Shown here in pieces: positions 47,942 to 58,169 of a DNA stretch of 64,000 nt (positions are counted from its first letter, which is position 1; every line of letters begins with the position of its first letter). The notes under the pieces were generated by a model. It did not search any database. It was not told where the DNA came from and saw only the letters and a program-made list of their open reading frames with translations. Source of the stretch: Candidatus Kapaibacterium sp. (GTDB lineage Bacteria; Bacteroidota; Ignavibacteria; Kapaibacteriales; WFXC01). The DNA lies in contig WFXC01000033.1 in the NCBI GenBank assembly GCA_015490805.1, forward strand, positions 5,347 to 69,346, given 5' to 3'. Position numbers and translations under genes: made by a program.

Positions 47942-50900
47942 CTACCGTCTGCTCCGTGCCCGCTGCAATCGATCCCATACCAACTGGCACACCGTCCGGT
48001 ATACAGCACTGCGTTCTTCGGCACTCAATTCCAGGGCATCAAACAGGATCTGATCGAAAACCAGGCGATCCAGGAGGGGATCGGGATCCTGGCGAGCAAT
48101 CGGAACCGATGACCGCGGATCAATTCCACATTCGACAAACACCGACTGCACCTTTCGAGCTCGCAGTGGAAGCGAAGAAAGCCGTGCTGGAGCATCTTCG
48201 AGCAGCACAATCCACGTATGTCGATATTCTTGCGGATCCACTTTCAGCAACCCTCCTCCCATCGAACTCCGTCCCAGTAGCTCCAGAAAGAGCCATCCAA
48301 CAGGATGATTCAGCGTCCAGAAAATCGACCATTGCACAATGGGATCACTGGTGTGGATTTCGACAAAACTATTGCTCACCATCGCTTTCGCAGTATTTGC
48401 TGCGCACCAAAAGCGATCCCCATAGCCACACGGGGCGATCAATGGCGCTGCCGGACGTGGAGGCAAATACCACCATCGTTGTTTTGCCCGAAGTGTGCGG
48501 CTGTGCGGAACGACAGTCTCTGTGCCATACTGCACGTATCGCGCAACGCTGGCATCCTGCCAGTGAACAACATCTTTCGGCAGGAGCAGCAGTGCACGAT
48601 CCACGGCTGCATCATTCAGTTCCAGCGTTGCCCTGCCCCGCGTCTTCATCACCGCCGGCTGCAAATACTGCTGTTCGATCTGAAATGCTGCAACCGTCCG
48701 GGGATGGACGAAGAAGAAATTATTTGCTCCTGTAGCATACCCTTCCCGGACTTCTGCCATTGTTCCCAGCGGATGGAGTTTCTTCCGTGCTTTGGTCCAG
48801 AGGTCAAAGAAAATCTTCGGCGCTTTTAAATACCAGCTTCCCCACTTCCCTGCCGTGTACCCCGAAGATTCCGACTGTCCACCGGTTGTTAACAACGCTT
48901 CAACCGTAACAGAGCGCACCCGCACCTCCTCCCATTCCGCCGCTTGCGTAATCATTTGAAAGTCCCTCCACATTCTTCCTGACATTGCCGTGGCAAAGGA
49001 ATGCCGGAAAGAGAGGAACTGGATGGAGTGCTCCAGTGGCACAGCCGGCTGCGGTGCTCCGGCAATAGTAATGACCGTATTGACCTCCGCCTGCTGAAAG
49101 GATCGCTTCGTTTTACTTTCCAGCACCCAGTACAGCGGTGCTGCCCGGAGGAAAAATTCCTGAAGGTGCGTCCCATACTGCGTGTTGAGCCACGAATTTG
49201 CACAAATAAACGCTAAGACTCCCCGATCGTTCAACAGCCGCAAAGCCCGCAGATAAAAGTACGTGTAGAGATCCGACCGTCCGTTGAGCTTCCGCTGCGT
49301 TAGAGACTGCTTCTGGCGTTCACCGAAAAACGCTGGAAAATCCAGTGCTGCAACCTGCGCCAACGCTCGACGGTACTCCATCGCTGAAAGCTGACTGGCG
49401 GGATCACCAATGCGCTCCCGCCGCAGATACGGAGGATTTCCGATGACAATGTCAAAACCGCCGCGACCGAAAAAAACCTCTGCAAATGCGATACTCCACA
49501 CAAACGGTTTATCGAGCTCCCTGTTCTCCAGATGCTGTACAACCCGGCGCAGTGTTTCCACTTGCAATCGCCTTTCCTCTACATCAATGCCATTTGCACA
49601 AACTGGCCGCCCCGCTGGTTCTTGCCAGTGCCGAACTACGCTCTTCACCGTTTGCACTGCTGCATCGATGACCTCTTTCTCGCTGCGGCAGCGATGCTCA
49701 AAAAATGCCCGCTTTTTCTGTTCCAGCGTTTGGCAATACTTCGCAACGGACGCTCCCCCAGCATCTTTCCAGACAGGTAGTACGTGCTTTCCCAACCGCT
49801 GCACCAGAGCATCCGCCCTTTGCACAACGAAGCGCAAATCCGGCAAAAGTGGCTCTGCCGTGGTTTGCACAGTATCCGGTAACGCTGGGAAAAGGAACAA
49901 CCAGAGTCGCAACTGGCAAATCCAGACCGCCCACGGGTCAACATCTACGCCATACAGTGAGCTTCCCAGAACGTGCCTCTTCCACGCGCCAATCGTAAAC
50001 TTTTTCCGATCAGTGGCAACGGCTGGATAGGTGTACAGTCGGTGCAGCAACCGTACCAGCAACTGCCCCATTCCAACCAGAAAGGTGCCAGCTCCAACCG
50101 CTGGATCGCAAATGGTGATCCGTTCCAGCAACTTTCTGACCCGCCACACCTGATCAGCGTCCAGCACCGCAGCATCCTCCTCAAAAACAAGCGTGCACAG
50201 GCGCTCGCGTGCTACGGTGCTATTTCGTTCCAGCCACTTCAGCACAGCCAGGCGGCACATTAGATCCCGCTCTTCCAGCGGCGTGTAGACAGCCGTTCGA
50301 TGTTCTGCAACGTCGCGTTCGCACACCATTTCCAGAAAGCCGGGCGTAATTGCCAGGGTACGATCTTTGGCTTCATCTTCTTCCAGTTCGAATTCGTACC
50401 GGGAAAGAAAAGTCACAAAATCCACCACCGCTGCATCGGGCAACCACAGTCCCCGATCATCCAGCGACGGAAAGCGCTGAAAGAGATGAGGATGCAAATA
50501 GGGCGTTGAGTGTACAAGGGTCACCATTGCTGCTGGTAGTTTTTCGCCAGCTTCCACTATTTGCTTCGATGGAGGGCGATTGAATGTCTGAAAAAACAAC
50601 GGTTCAAACCAATCTCGATACAGCCGGGCTGTCTGTCCCGTCCCCTGATATGCAGCAACGAGTGTACGCAGAAAGTTCCGATCTCCACCGAACCATCCCT
50701 TCCGCTGCACAAATCCCAGAAACAGCGTTCGGAGAGTGAACAGCAACGCAAAGCGGCGGCGGATCTCCACATCGGCGGATCCTTGCACAGACTGTGTCAA
50801 GCGATCCAGTTGCCGCTGCCATTGCTGATAAAAACGGCGGAGCATCACCTGACTGGAGAATGCCTCTACTATTCCGGCGAGGCGGGAAAAATCTGCTGAC

Positions 50901-51337
50901 TGAAACTGTTGCTGGAAGATCCCATACGGTGCCGTGGGATTCAGTACAAATGTTGCCCGTTCAAAAATCCTTCCCCATCTTGTATGCTGAGCGGTCACCA
51001 GTGAAAGCCGAACGCTGCCAGCCGTGTCATAGAATGCCATCAACACTGCTTCAGCGTCCGATTCGCGAACAAGGCGTCTGGCAACCTCGAATTGCTCCTG
51101 CCGGCTGCGCTCGCAGTGTAAATCGGTGGTAGCAGCCGCTGCAACCAGCACTGGAGCGGTATCAGTGCAATGAATCCTCCCTACTTGCTCCACTGTTTGC
51201 ACATATTCCAGATCTGTTGGAAGGGACGTCACCCGCTGCCGCTGCGTTTCCCATCCCTGGCAGAGCGCTTGAAGCACCTGCCGAAAGCGATCGACCGAAA
51301 AATCGGTCACTAAAGCCTCCAGATGACTTCCTTTCAT
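47942..51337 (-). CDS. Large N6-adenine DNA methyltransferase, type IIG/Eco57I-like (divergent)
   Basis: Motif I CDPAVGAGTF, LYGVD, motif IV FDIVIGNPPY, SDLYTYF, NSWL...YG, C-terminal TRD-like region. Confidence 0.85.
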   Translation of the reverse strand: MKGSHLEALVTDFSVDRFRQVLQALCQGWETQRQRVTSLPTDLEYVQTVEQVGRIHCTDTAPVLVAAAATTDLHCERSRQEQFEVARRLVRESDAEAVLMAFYDTAGSVRLSLVTAQHTRWGRIFERATFVLNPTAPYGIFQQQFQSADFSRLAGIVEAFSSQVMLRRFYQQWQRQLDRLTQSVQGSADVEIRRRFALLFTLRTLFLGFVQRKGWFGGDRNFLRTLVAAYQGTGQTARLYRDWFEPLFFQTFNRPPSKQIVEAGEKLPAAMVTLVHSTPYLHPHLFQRFPSLDDRGLWLPDAAVVDFVTFLSRYEFELEEDEAKDRTLAITPGFLEMVCERDVAEHRTAVYTPLEERDLMCRLAVLKWLERNSTVARERLCTLVFEEDAAVLDADQVWRVRKLLERITICDPAVGAGTFLVGMGQLLVRLLHRLYTYPAVATDRKKFTIGAWKRHVLGSSLYGVDVDPWAVWICQLRLWLFLFPALPDTVQTTAEPLLPDLRFVVQRADALVQRLGKHVLPVWKDAGGASVAKYCQTLEQKKRAFFEHRCRSEKEVIDAAVQTVKSVVRHWQEPAGRPVCANGIDVEERRLQVETLRRVVQHLENRELDKPFVWSIAFAEVFFGRGGFDIVIGNPPYLRRERIGDPASQLSAMEYRRALAQVAALDFPAFFGERQKQSLTQRKLNGRSDLYTYFYLRALRLLNDRGVLAFICANSWLNTQYGTHLQEFFLRAAPLYWVLESKTKRSFQQAEVNTVITIAGAPQPAVPLEHSIQFLSFRHSFATAMSGRMWRDFQMITQAAEWEEVRVRSVTVEALLTTGGQSESSGYTAGKWGSWYLKAPKIFFDLWTKARKKLHPLGTMAEVREGYATGANNFFFVHPRTVAAFQIEQQYLQPAVMKTRGRATLELNDAAVDRALLLLPKDVVHWQDASVARYVQYGTETVVPHSRTLRAKQRWWYLPPRPAAPLIAPCGYGDRFWCAANTAKAMVSNSFVEIHTSDPIVQWSIFWTLNHPVGWLFLELLGRSSMGGGLLKVDPQEYRHTWIVLLEDAPARLSSLPLRARKVQSVFVECGIDPRSSVPIARQDPDPLLDRLVFDQILFDALELSAEERSAVYRTVCQLVWDRLQRARSRR

Positions 51338-51534
51338 TTGCCGCTCAATAATTTCGCCCGCTGAATTTCAACGCTGCCTATCGTCAGACTGCACCGAACC
51401 AGTCCTCTGAGAACAACGACGCCTTTCTGTGCTCGCACGCGATCCACAGCTCACCAGCAGCTGCTGACGCAACGGTACTGCTACCGTTCACATTGCACAT
51501 CCTATCTGGGATCGCAACGTGTGCTGTTTCTGGT

Positions 51535-52440
51535 TCAATCAAACTGTCGGACGGAAAACGCCTCCCCCGTCGCCGCTCTAAGGGTATTGGTCAGCAACAT
51601 TGCGATGGTCATTGGCCCAACGCCACCGGGCACTGGCGTAATCGCCGCAGCCTTCGGCGCCACACTGTCAAAATCTACATCGCCGACCAACCGGTATCCC
51701 TTTGGAGCTGATGGATCTTCGATGCGGTTAATGCCAACATCGATAACCACCACTCCTTCCCGAACGTAGTCACCGGTAATAAGCTGCGGTCTTCCGGCTG
51801 CGACGATCAGGATATCAGCGCTGCGGGTATACTGTGCCAGATCCTGAGTAGCGGTATGACAGATCGTCACGGTCGCATTTGCGTACGCAGACTTTTGATA
51901 CAACAGGTTTGCGATCGGCTTGCCAACGATGTTGCTGCGTCCCAGCACGACTGCGTGTTTCCCCACCGTTGAAATGTTATACCGTCGCAAAATTTCGATA
52001 ATCCCCGCCGGTGTACACGGGACAAAGCCGGGCAATCCTTCCACCAATCGCCCCATATTTTCCGGATGAAATCCATCCACATCTTTACGCGGGTCAATTG
52101 CCAGCAAGACCGCCTGCTCATCAATGTGCGCGGGCAGCGGCAACTGTACTAAAATCCCGTGGATTCGGGGATCAGCATTCCACCGGGCAATGAGCTCCAG
52201 TACTTCCTCCTGTGTTGTTTCAGCAGGACGTTTCTCAACAATGGAAAAAATGCCAACTTCCGCACACGCTTTAGCTTTCGAGCGCACATAGACCTGCGAC
52301 GCAGGATTATCTCCAACCAGCAGCAGTGCCAGCCCCGGCGTAATCCCGCTGGATTTCAGCTCCGCTACCTTCTCTTTGAGCTCTGTACGAATTGTTCTGG
52401 CTAACTGCTTGCCGTCCAGAATCTCCGCCATCGCCATCAC
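51535..52440 (-). CDS. folD: Methylenetetrahydrofolate dehydrogenase/cyclohydrolase
   Basis: GILVQLPLP, KDVDGFHP, PCTPAG, GRSNIVGKP, TPVPGGVGPMT; exact start among GTG/ATG codons uncertain. Confidence 0.97.
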   Translation of the reverse strand: MMAMAEILDGKQLARTIRTELKEKVAELKSSGITPGLALLLVGDNPASQVYVRSKAKACAEVGIFSIVEKRPAETTQEEVLELIARWNADPRIHGILVQLPLPAHIDEQAVLLAIDPRKDVDGFHPENMGRLVEGLPGFVPCTPAGIIEILRRYNISTVGKHAVVLGRSNIVGKPIANLLYQKSAYANATVTICHTATQDLAQYTRSADILIVAAGRPQLITGDYVREGVVVIDVGINRIEDPSAPKGYRLVGDVDFDSVAPKAAAITPVPGGVGPMTIAMLLTNTLRAATGEAFSVRQFD

Positions 52441-53390
52441 CTTTCTTTTGTTACAACCTCTGCGACCGGATCATTGTCCGGTGCTGTCACATCAAAGTCG
52501 GCAGCAACGGGACAATGATCAGAAAGTTTTTCCAGCACTTCAGGATCGTACTGTGCATAAATATCGATCATTCGAGCACTCCCCTTGCGATACCGTTTCC
52601 GGGCACTGGGTGAAACCAGGATGTGATCAATGGACCCTTTACGGCGATACTTGCAACTTTTCAAGTTGAACGTCACAAAGCGCAGCACTGTATCCTGAAC
52701 AATCGGCTGCAATGTTCGATCCTTTCGGCTCTGCGGCGAGGCATTGAAATCTCCCACCACGATCAGATCCATTTCATCTCCCTGCTCGAGCACCTCGTGC
52801 GCCCACTCCACAATTTTCCGGGCTTGCTGCTGCCGAATTTTCCGACTCAGCCGTCGTTTCGCCGGTGTTCGCTCCCAGCGGGAAGAGGACTTCAGGTGAA
52901 CAATCATCATCAGCCAATCGAAATTGCCGGAGCGGCAGCGCACCAGCAATCCCGGTCGATCCCGCTCAGGACGAATTGCCAGCGGAAGATATACCGCAAC
53001 AAATCGCACGTCAACAGAAGCAGGGCGATAGATCACTGCCAGATTCTGCTGTCCCCGGTGTGTGCCAACAAATCCTTCGTAACCCGGCAAATACTTCAGC
53101 AAACTGTCTAAGGCTGCCTGATTCTCCACTTCCTGCAATCCCAGCACATCAAATTCCGCCTGCCGAATCACCTCAGCAATGCGCTGGTAGTCCTGACTGG
53201 TTCGATCGATCCGATCGCGCTGCCCATCGCCCAGCCACTCGATATTAAACGTGCCAATCCGCACAAAATCCCTGTGAACCGCTGCTGTATCAGCCTGTGG
53301 TATACGGCCTGGCGTCCCCGACCGCTGCCTGCCACACTGTACAAAAACAACAGCGATCAGCACCACTGCAAGCACAGATCTGTACCTCAT
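52437..53390 (-). CDS. Endonuclease/exonuclease/phosphatase family lipoprotein
   Basis: FVQC lipobox-like, TFNIEW, LQEVE, VHLKS, GDFN, IDHI, SDHCPV. Confidence 0.9.
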   Translation of the reverse strand: MRYRSVLAVVLIAVVFVQCGRQRSGTPGRIPQADTAAVHRDFVRIGTFNIEWLGDGQRDRIDRTSQDYQRIAEVIRQAEFDVLGLQEVENQAALDSLLKYLPGYEGFVGTHRGQQNLAVIYRPASVDVRFVAVYLPLAIRPERDRPGLLVRCRSGNFDWLMMIVHLKSSSRWERTPAKRRLSRKIRQQQARKIVEWAHEVLEQGDEMDLIVVGDFNASPQSRKDRTLQPIVQDTVLRFVTFNLKSCKYRRKGSIDHILVSPSARKRYRKGSARMIDIYAQYDPEVLEKLSDHCPVAADFDVTAPDNDPVAEVVTKER

Positions 53391-54565
53391 CCGGCTCCCT
53401 CCAGATTTTTCAACCGACGCTTTGCACGGCTATAGGAAGACCGAAACTCTGGCAGTTCCAGAACCTGTTTGTACCATTGCACCGCTTCTTTCTTTTTCCC
53501 CAACCGCATATACGCATCTCCCAGCTTGAGCGCTGTTTCAACCCAGAATCCCGACGGCTCATCGTCATCGATAACCCGACTAAATTCCAGACTTTTGCGC
53601 AAATATTTGATCGCCATTTCATACTCACCCCGCAGGAGCAAAGCATAACCGATGTAGTACGTTGCCTCTCGCACCAGGTAGCTATCGCAACCATAGTGCC
53701 CAGCCATACACTCCAGCAAAACCTTCCGCCACTGCTGCTCCATTTCCTTTCGCTTGCCAAGGCGCACCAGTGCGCGCCCCAGATACTTGCGAACAAACAG
53801 ATTCTCTGGATAGAGTGCCAGTAGTTCTCGAGCCAGCTTTTCTGTCCGCTCTGGAGCGTTTTCAAATTGGTAGTAGATTTGCAGCAACAGCATCTTGGCT
53901 TCTATCCGAACATATCGGGCATGCTGCGCCACATATTCCAGCTCCTGCAGTCCTCCTTCTCGACTACCGGGTGGCAAAAAGGTCATCAAAGGCTTCAGTA
54001 AAGGATATTTTTCCGGAAAAACGGCGGCAAAGTAGTGGTAAATCGCAATGCCCAGCAGAATGTCTGAGTTCCCTGGCGCCAGCTTCCACAGCTTACTGAT
54101 AATGTCAAACCCTGCTTTCCCATCGATCAGGGCTTGAATCCACTGTTCTCGAATCACGTAGTATCGTCCCCGATACCCACGAGCGGCGCCGGCAAAGAAC
54201 AGCCCAACGATGTCATAAGGATTTTTTTCGAGCAAACGGTCAGTAATTTCCAGCGTGCGCTCGACCTTTTCCAGAAATCGCTCGTCGTAGCGATGCACCC
54301 GCTGGTGGAGATAAATGCGCCACCAGTCCACCAGAGCATCCAGGAAATAGCCTACAGGATGATCCGGGAACTGTTCCTGAAGAACAACTGCAAGGTGAGC
54401 TGCGGAATCAAACCGCTGATGGTAGATATGCTCCAGGGTAATTTGTGCCAAGGAATCCGCCTGCCGGGTCAACAAAACCCACTGTCCCCATAATGGCGTA
54501 ACAATCAGCAACCACGCCCATCCCCACTGACAAAGCCTGAAGCACCAGCGTCTATGCAACTTCAT
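53387..54565 (-). CDS. Exported tetratricopeptide repeat protein
   Basis: Signal-like N-terminus; helical repeats, e.g. YYIGYALLLRGEYEMAIKYLRKSL, LGDAYMRLGKKKEAVQWYKQVL. Confidence 0.8.
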   Translation of the reverse strand: MKLHRRWCFRLCQWGWAWLLIVTPLWGQWVLLTRQADSLAQITLEHIYHQRFDSAAHLAVVLQEQFPDHPVGYFLDALVDWWRIYLHQRVHRYDERFLEKVERTLEITDRLLEKNPYDIVGLFFAGAARGYRGRYYVIREQWIQALIDGKAGFDIISKLWKLAPGNSDILLGIAIYHYFAAVFPEKYPLLKPLMTFLPPGSREGGLQELEYVAQHARYVRIEAKMLLLQIYYQFENAPERTEKLARELLALYPENLFVRKYLGRALVRLGKRKEMEQQWRKVLLECMAGHYGCDSYLVREATYYIGYALLLRGEYEMAIKYLRKSLEFSRVIDDDEPSGFWVETALKLGDAYMRLGKKKEAVQWYKQVLELPEFRSSYSRAKRRLKNLEGAG

Positions 54566-54580
54566 CGTCAGCGTGCCATC

Positions 54581-54814
54581 TCATTCATAAGGCGAAGACG
54601 CCGTTCCGTTCTGTTTCGCCTCCAGATCTCCTGTATCCTGCTGGTGCTGGCGCAAATACTGCTGGATTCGCTCTGCCATTTTTGCTTCTACCTCTTCGTG
54701 GGATGATCCCTTCACCATTATCCGTAGTTGTGGACAATACGCAGCGTATTGGGTTGGTCCCCAGCGGCGCACTAAAATTTCAAAATCTTCAGGCTTTATT
54801 GGGTGATGCTCCAT
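54581..54814 (-). CDS. Small protein resembling the HicB N-terminal domain
   Basis: FEILV......YAAYCPQL.....GSSHEEV...M; 77 aa from ATG 54814. Confidence 0.55.
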   Translation of the reverse strand: MEHHPIKPEDFEILVRRWGPTQYAAYCPQLRIMVKGSSHEEVEAKMAERIQQYLRQHQQDTGDLEAKQNGTASSPYE

Positions 54815-55170
54815 TGCTCTGTATGCCCTTATTCTGCAACCTAAAAGCTGAAAGACGGACGCTGTTATCCCGTAGTGAACAACCGGTAAGGCTCGGAGAT
54901 CCGTCCGCACTTCCAGAACCTGTATGATGTTGGATCGATCATCACCTGCGTCCTAATCGCGATGCGAGAGACCTCTCCTCCTGTACCTCCATCGTGTGGA
55001 TCCGCTTGCACTATCAATGTACCGTCGCGCCCATTCCATCCGAATGAAAAACCACCTGATATGTTTTCTGTGCTGCCGGCAATGTTATTGCTATTCTGGC
55101 ACTGCTTACTTTTCCCATTCGTCGCTTTTTCGTAATTTCGTGATAGGCGACAAGAGCTGGTGCGGAAAGA

Positions 55171-56160
55171 ATGAATCGAATAGTATCCGATCCTTCAACA
55201 CCCTCACCCAAAGAGACAGCCGTCATTGATCTCTACGTCGGGCTCACCGATCACTCCGGGATTCAGATTCTGCTGTTCACCCTTGCTGTTCTCCTTGGCG
55301 GCTGGTTCTGCTTTCACTTTCTCCTGCTTCCTGCCCTCCACTGGTTTTTTCACCAGACCTTAGAAGCAACGATTGTTTACGGCGACTCCCTCTGGAGCCG
55401 CTACACGAATTGGGAAGTCATTCTGGAGCAAGAAGGAGGAGGGGAAACGCATTACTTTTTCAACCCGCTCCTCAGCTTCCTGCCCTTCATTGTTCTGGTG
55501 GGCTTCGCTATTGCCTTTTTTGTTACAACACTCCTGCCCCCGAAAATCGGCTTTATGCGGCAGAAAATTCGTCGGGAAGTGATCAATATGCTGGATCGCA
55601 TTGTGCGAGTGCTGGGTCTTCACCATCAGGACAATGCCCATACTGCCCTGGAGCAGCAACTGCTGCAAATGGATCTTCGCTCCCTCCACGCTTTTGCCGT
55701 CCACAATGGCATCCCGTTCAACGATCTGGAAGATTTGCAAAAAGCACTGCGGTGGGAACATCAACCCGTGTGGAAAAAAGTTCTTCGGATTAACGATGCC
55801 ATCCGCCTGTATATGCGATCGTATTTTACGGTCGAATACGGCAACCAGATGCTGGGGTTTGTCTACATTGGAGCAGCCGTTTTGATCATTCTCATCGGGC
55901 TCCGCGGACTGAAATTTATTCCACCCACCAAACCCTCGGTCATTATTTTTGCTCTCTTCCTGGAATTTGTCCTCCTGCTGCTTTATGCGATCACTGTGAT
56001 CTACACTCGCAGTGAAGACGAAGAGCGAAGCTGGGGAACGACTCCCGAACCTTCCCGAAATACTGCCCAACTGCCGGAATCCGAGGCTGAGCAGATGCGT
56101 TCGCAAGCCCGGCAATTGTTAGAAACCTTCCTGTTAAACTCATCCCGACGACAGCAATGA
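55171..56160 (+). CDS. Uncharacterised integral membrane protein
   Basis: 329-aa ORF with about four hydrophobic segments around a soluble helical region; ATGA overlap with next gene. Confidence 0.75.
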   Translation: MNRIVSDPSTPSPKETAVIDLYVGLTDHSGIQILLFTLAVLLGGWFCFHFLLLPALHWFFHQTLEATIVYGDSLWSRYTNWEVILEQEGGGETHYFFNPLLSFLPFIVLVGFAIAFFVTTLLPPKIGFMRQKIRREVINMLDRIVRVLGLHHQDNAHTALEQQLLQMDLRSLHAFAVHNGIPFNDLEDLQKALRWEHQPVWKKVLRINDAIRLYMRSYFTVEYGNQMLGFVYIGAAVLIILIGLRGLKFIPPTKPSVIIFALFLEFVLLLLYAITVIYTRSEDEERSWGTTPEPSRNTAQLPESEAEQMRSQARQLLETFLLNSSRRQQ

Positions 56161-58169
56161 GTGCTCCGGTGTTCCCACAGGTCTTTGCTGGACGGACAAC
56201 GCTGCTTCAGCAGCTTGCAACCTCCGTCGCTTCGCTCTCTTCGAATCCTTCTCCCCGCCTTGTTCTTCTTGCCGGCATCCCTGGCATTGGCAAATCCACC
56301 ATTCTGCAACAATTTGCCAGGCAACACGCAGAAAACACGGCGATAACGATCCTCTCTGCGGCTGCCATTCCCCCGTCTATTGGTGGTATTGCCCCGTCGC
56401 AACTCCGCCCTTTTGGGCTGCTCCAATCGCTGGTCGAGGCACTGCAGACGGTGCAACAGAAAAAAGCGAAGAAAAAACTCTGGATCAACATCGGGCTGAC
56501 CCTACTGACAACCCTCCCTTTTGCCGGTGACCTGGTTTATGCCATCAAAGAGATCTCACGGGATATGCGGGAGTATAAAAAAGAAGCAGAAGCAACGCCG
56601 ACAGCAGAAAAACTTCAGGAGGAATACTGTGCCCTTTTTCAAAAAGTTGCATCGGAAGTTCCCCTGGTGATGCTCTTAGACAACCTGTCGTGGAGCGATG
56701 CAGAGTCCATCCAGACGCTGCAACAATTGCTCAGCACACCCTCACTTCCCCTGCTGGTTGTTGCTGCCTACCAGCCGGATCAGGGGGAGGTCAAGATGAT
56801 CGAAACGTTACGGAATGCGGTACTGGCTGCTACCGTAATAGAAGTTGAGGCGATGACGGAAGCGGAGATTCAGGAATGGCTGGACAAAATTTTCCCTGAT
56901 GCTTCCATCGATCCAGCGGTTGTCCCCTGGCTCCAGACCCATACCGGCGGCATTCCCATCATCATCGAAGAATACCTGCGAATGGTATGGATTGCCCATC
57001 ACGGCGCGCCGCAGTCCCTGACCGTAGCCGACTTTGAACGCTATGGGGCAACGCCTTCAGTCGCAGCACACCTCCACCGCCTGCTTGCCGAGTTACCAGA
57101 AGAAGACCAGCACCTTCTCCAGCTTTGTAGCGCTGAGGGCAAAGAAGCCACTGTTTTCTTGCAATCGCAGTTGCTCCAAACAGACCTTCTCACGACCGTA
57201 CGCCGTCTCAAAAGAATTCAGAGACGCACCGGCATTCTCCGCAGCCGCGGCGTAGAACGCCGCTATGGCGTCCAGACGACCGTGTTTGCCTTCACCCACC
57301 CTCTCTACCACAAATTGCTTTTTGAGAGCCTGGAATACGAAGAACGTCAGGCTATTTACTCCCACATCGAATCGATTCTCCGCTCCCGGCTGGAGCAGTG
57401 CACAACAGCGGCGGAGCGAATGGAAATTCTTCCTCATCTCTGGCAATATACTGCCAGCGGTAGTGGGGACAATGCTTCGACGCTGCTCACATCACTGGCT
57501 GAAGACATTACAGCACAGGGTGGTAGCTTCACAATGGCAAAACTCATCGAACAGGCGGACGCCAGCGGCGTTGCGTTGCCATCCCTGATGACCGCCGACA
57601 CCCTTCCCGATCCTGCAGCGGTGGCGCCAGAGCAATGGTCTTTGCTGGTCCAGTCGATCGCTTCTGATCCAGCCAGACTGAAAACACTCTGCCTTCGATT
57701 GCTCCATACCCGTGATATGGAGCATCTTCAAACGCTGGTGGACACCCTGCGCAACCTGCCAGCTTTACCAGAAGATTCGACAGCATTGCTGACCCTATGC
57801 GAATTGCACACTGCCGAGCAGCTTACTCCAGATGATTTCGTGGTGGGTGAACAGCAACTCCAGAATACGGCTGATCCAGAAATCCAACTCCTGTTAGTAG
57901 CAACGCTGATTCAGCGAGGAATGGAAGATTCTCAGTTGCACGACCACATTGAGCCGCTGCTGAAATTCGCAGCAGAAAAAGCGCGCCACCTTGCCCTGCC
58001 GTATCAACTGCTGGCTCTTTTGTTGATCGCTCAATGGTACTTCGTCACCGGCAATCCTCAGTTTCAATCCTACTGGGATCAGGCGCTCCAATTGGGCCAT
58101 TTTCTGCAACTTCCCAGAACACTTTTAGAAAACGCAGTGTTTCAAAACAATAGAGGAGCAGCAGTATGA
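56157..58169 (+). CDS. AAA_16/STAND-like P-loop ATPase with helical C-terminus
   Basis: FAGR, Walker A GIPGIGKS, Walker B VMLLDNLSWSD.ES, TGGIP..I.E, F.F.H.LY..LL. Confidence 0.8.
   Translation: MSAPVFPQVFAGRTTLLQQLATSVASLSSNPSPRLVLLAGIPGIGKSTILQQFARQHAENTAITILSAAAIPPSIGGIAPSQLRPFGLLQSLVEALQTVQQKKAKKKLWINIGLTLLTTLPFAGDLVYAIKEISRDMREYKKEAEATPTAEKLQEEYCALFQKVASEVPLVMLLDNLSWSDAESIQTLQQLLSTPSLPLLVVAAYQPDQGEVKMIETLRNAVLAATVIEVEAMTEAEIQEWLDKIFPDASIDPAVVPWLQTHTGGIPIIIEEYLRMVWIAHHGAPQSLTVADFERYGATPSVAAHLHRLLAELPEEDQHLLQLCSAEGKEATVFLQSQLLQTDLLTTVRRLKRIQRRTGILRSRGVERRYGVQTTVFAFTHPLYHKLLFESLEYEERQAIYSHIESILRSRLEQCTTAAERMEILPHLWQYTASGSGDNASTLLTSLAEDITAQGGSFTMAKLIEQADASGVALPSLMTADTLPDPAAVAPEQWSLLVQSIASDPARLKTLCLRLLHTRDMEHLQTLVDTLRNLPALPEDSTALLTLCELHTAEQLTPDDFVVGEQQLQNTADPEIQLLLVATLIQRGMEDSQLHDHIEPLLKFAAEKARHLALPYQLLALLLIAQWYFVTGNPQFQSYWDQALQLGHFLQLPRTLLENAVFQNNRGAAV

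Noticed and set aside
47899-48735. 278-aa plus-strand ORF as a possible partner of the methyltransferase
   Set aside because: Antisense to the MTase C-terminal region; no domain signature.
55360-56115. 251-aa minus-strand ORF
   Set aside because: Antisense to the membrane protein, which is supported by operon coupling.
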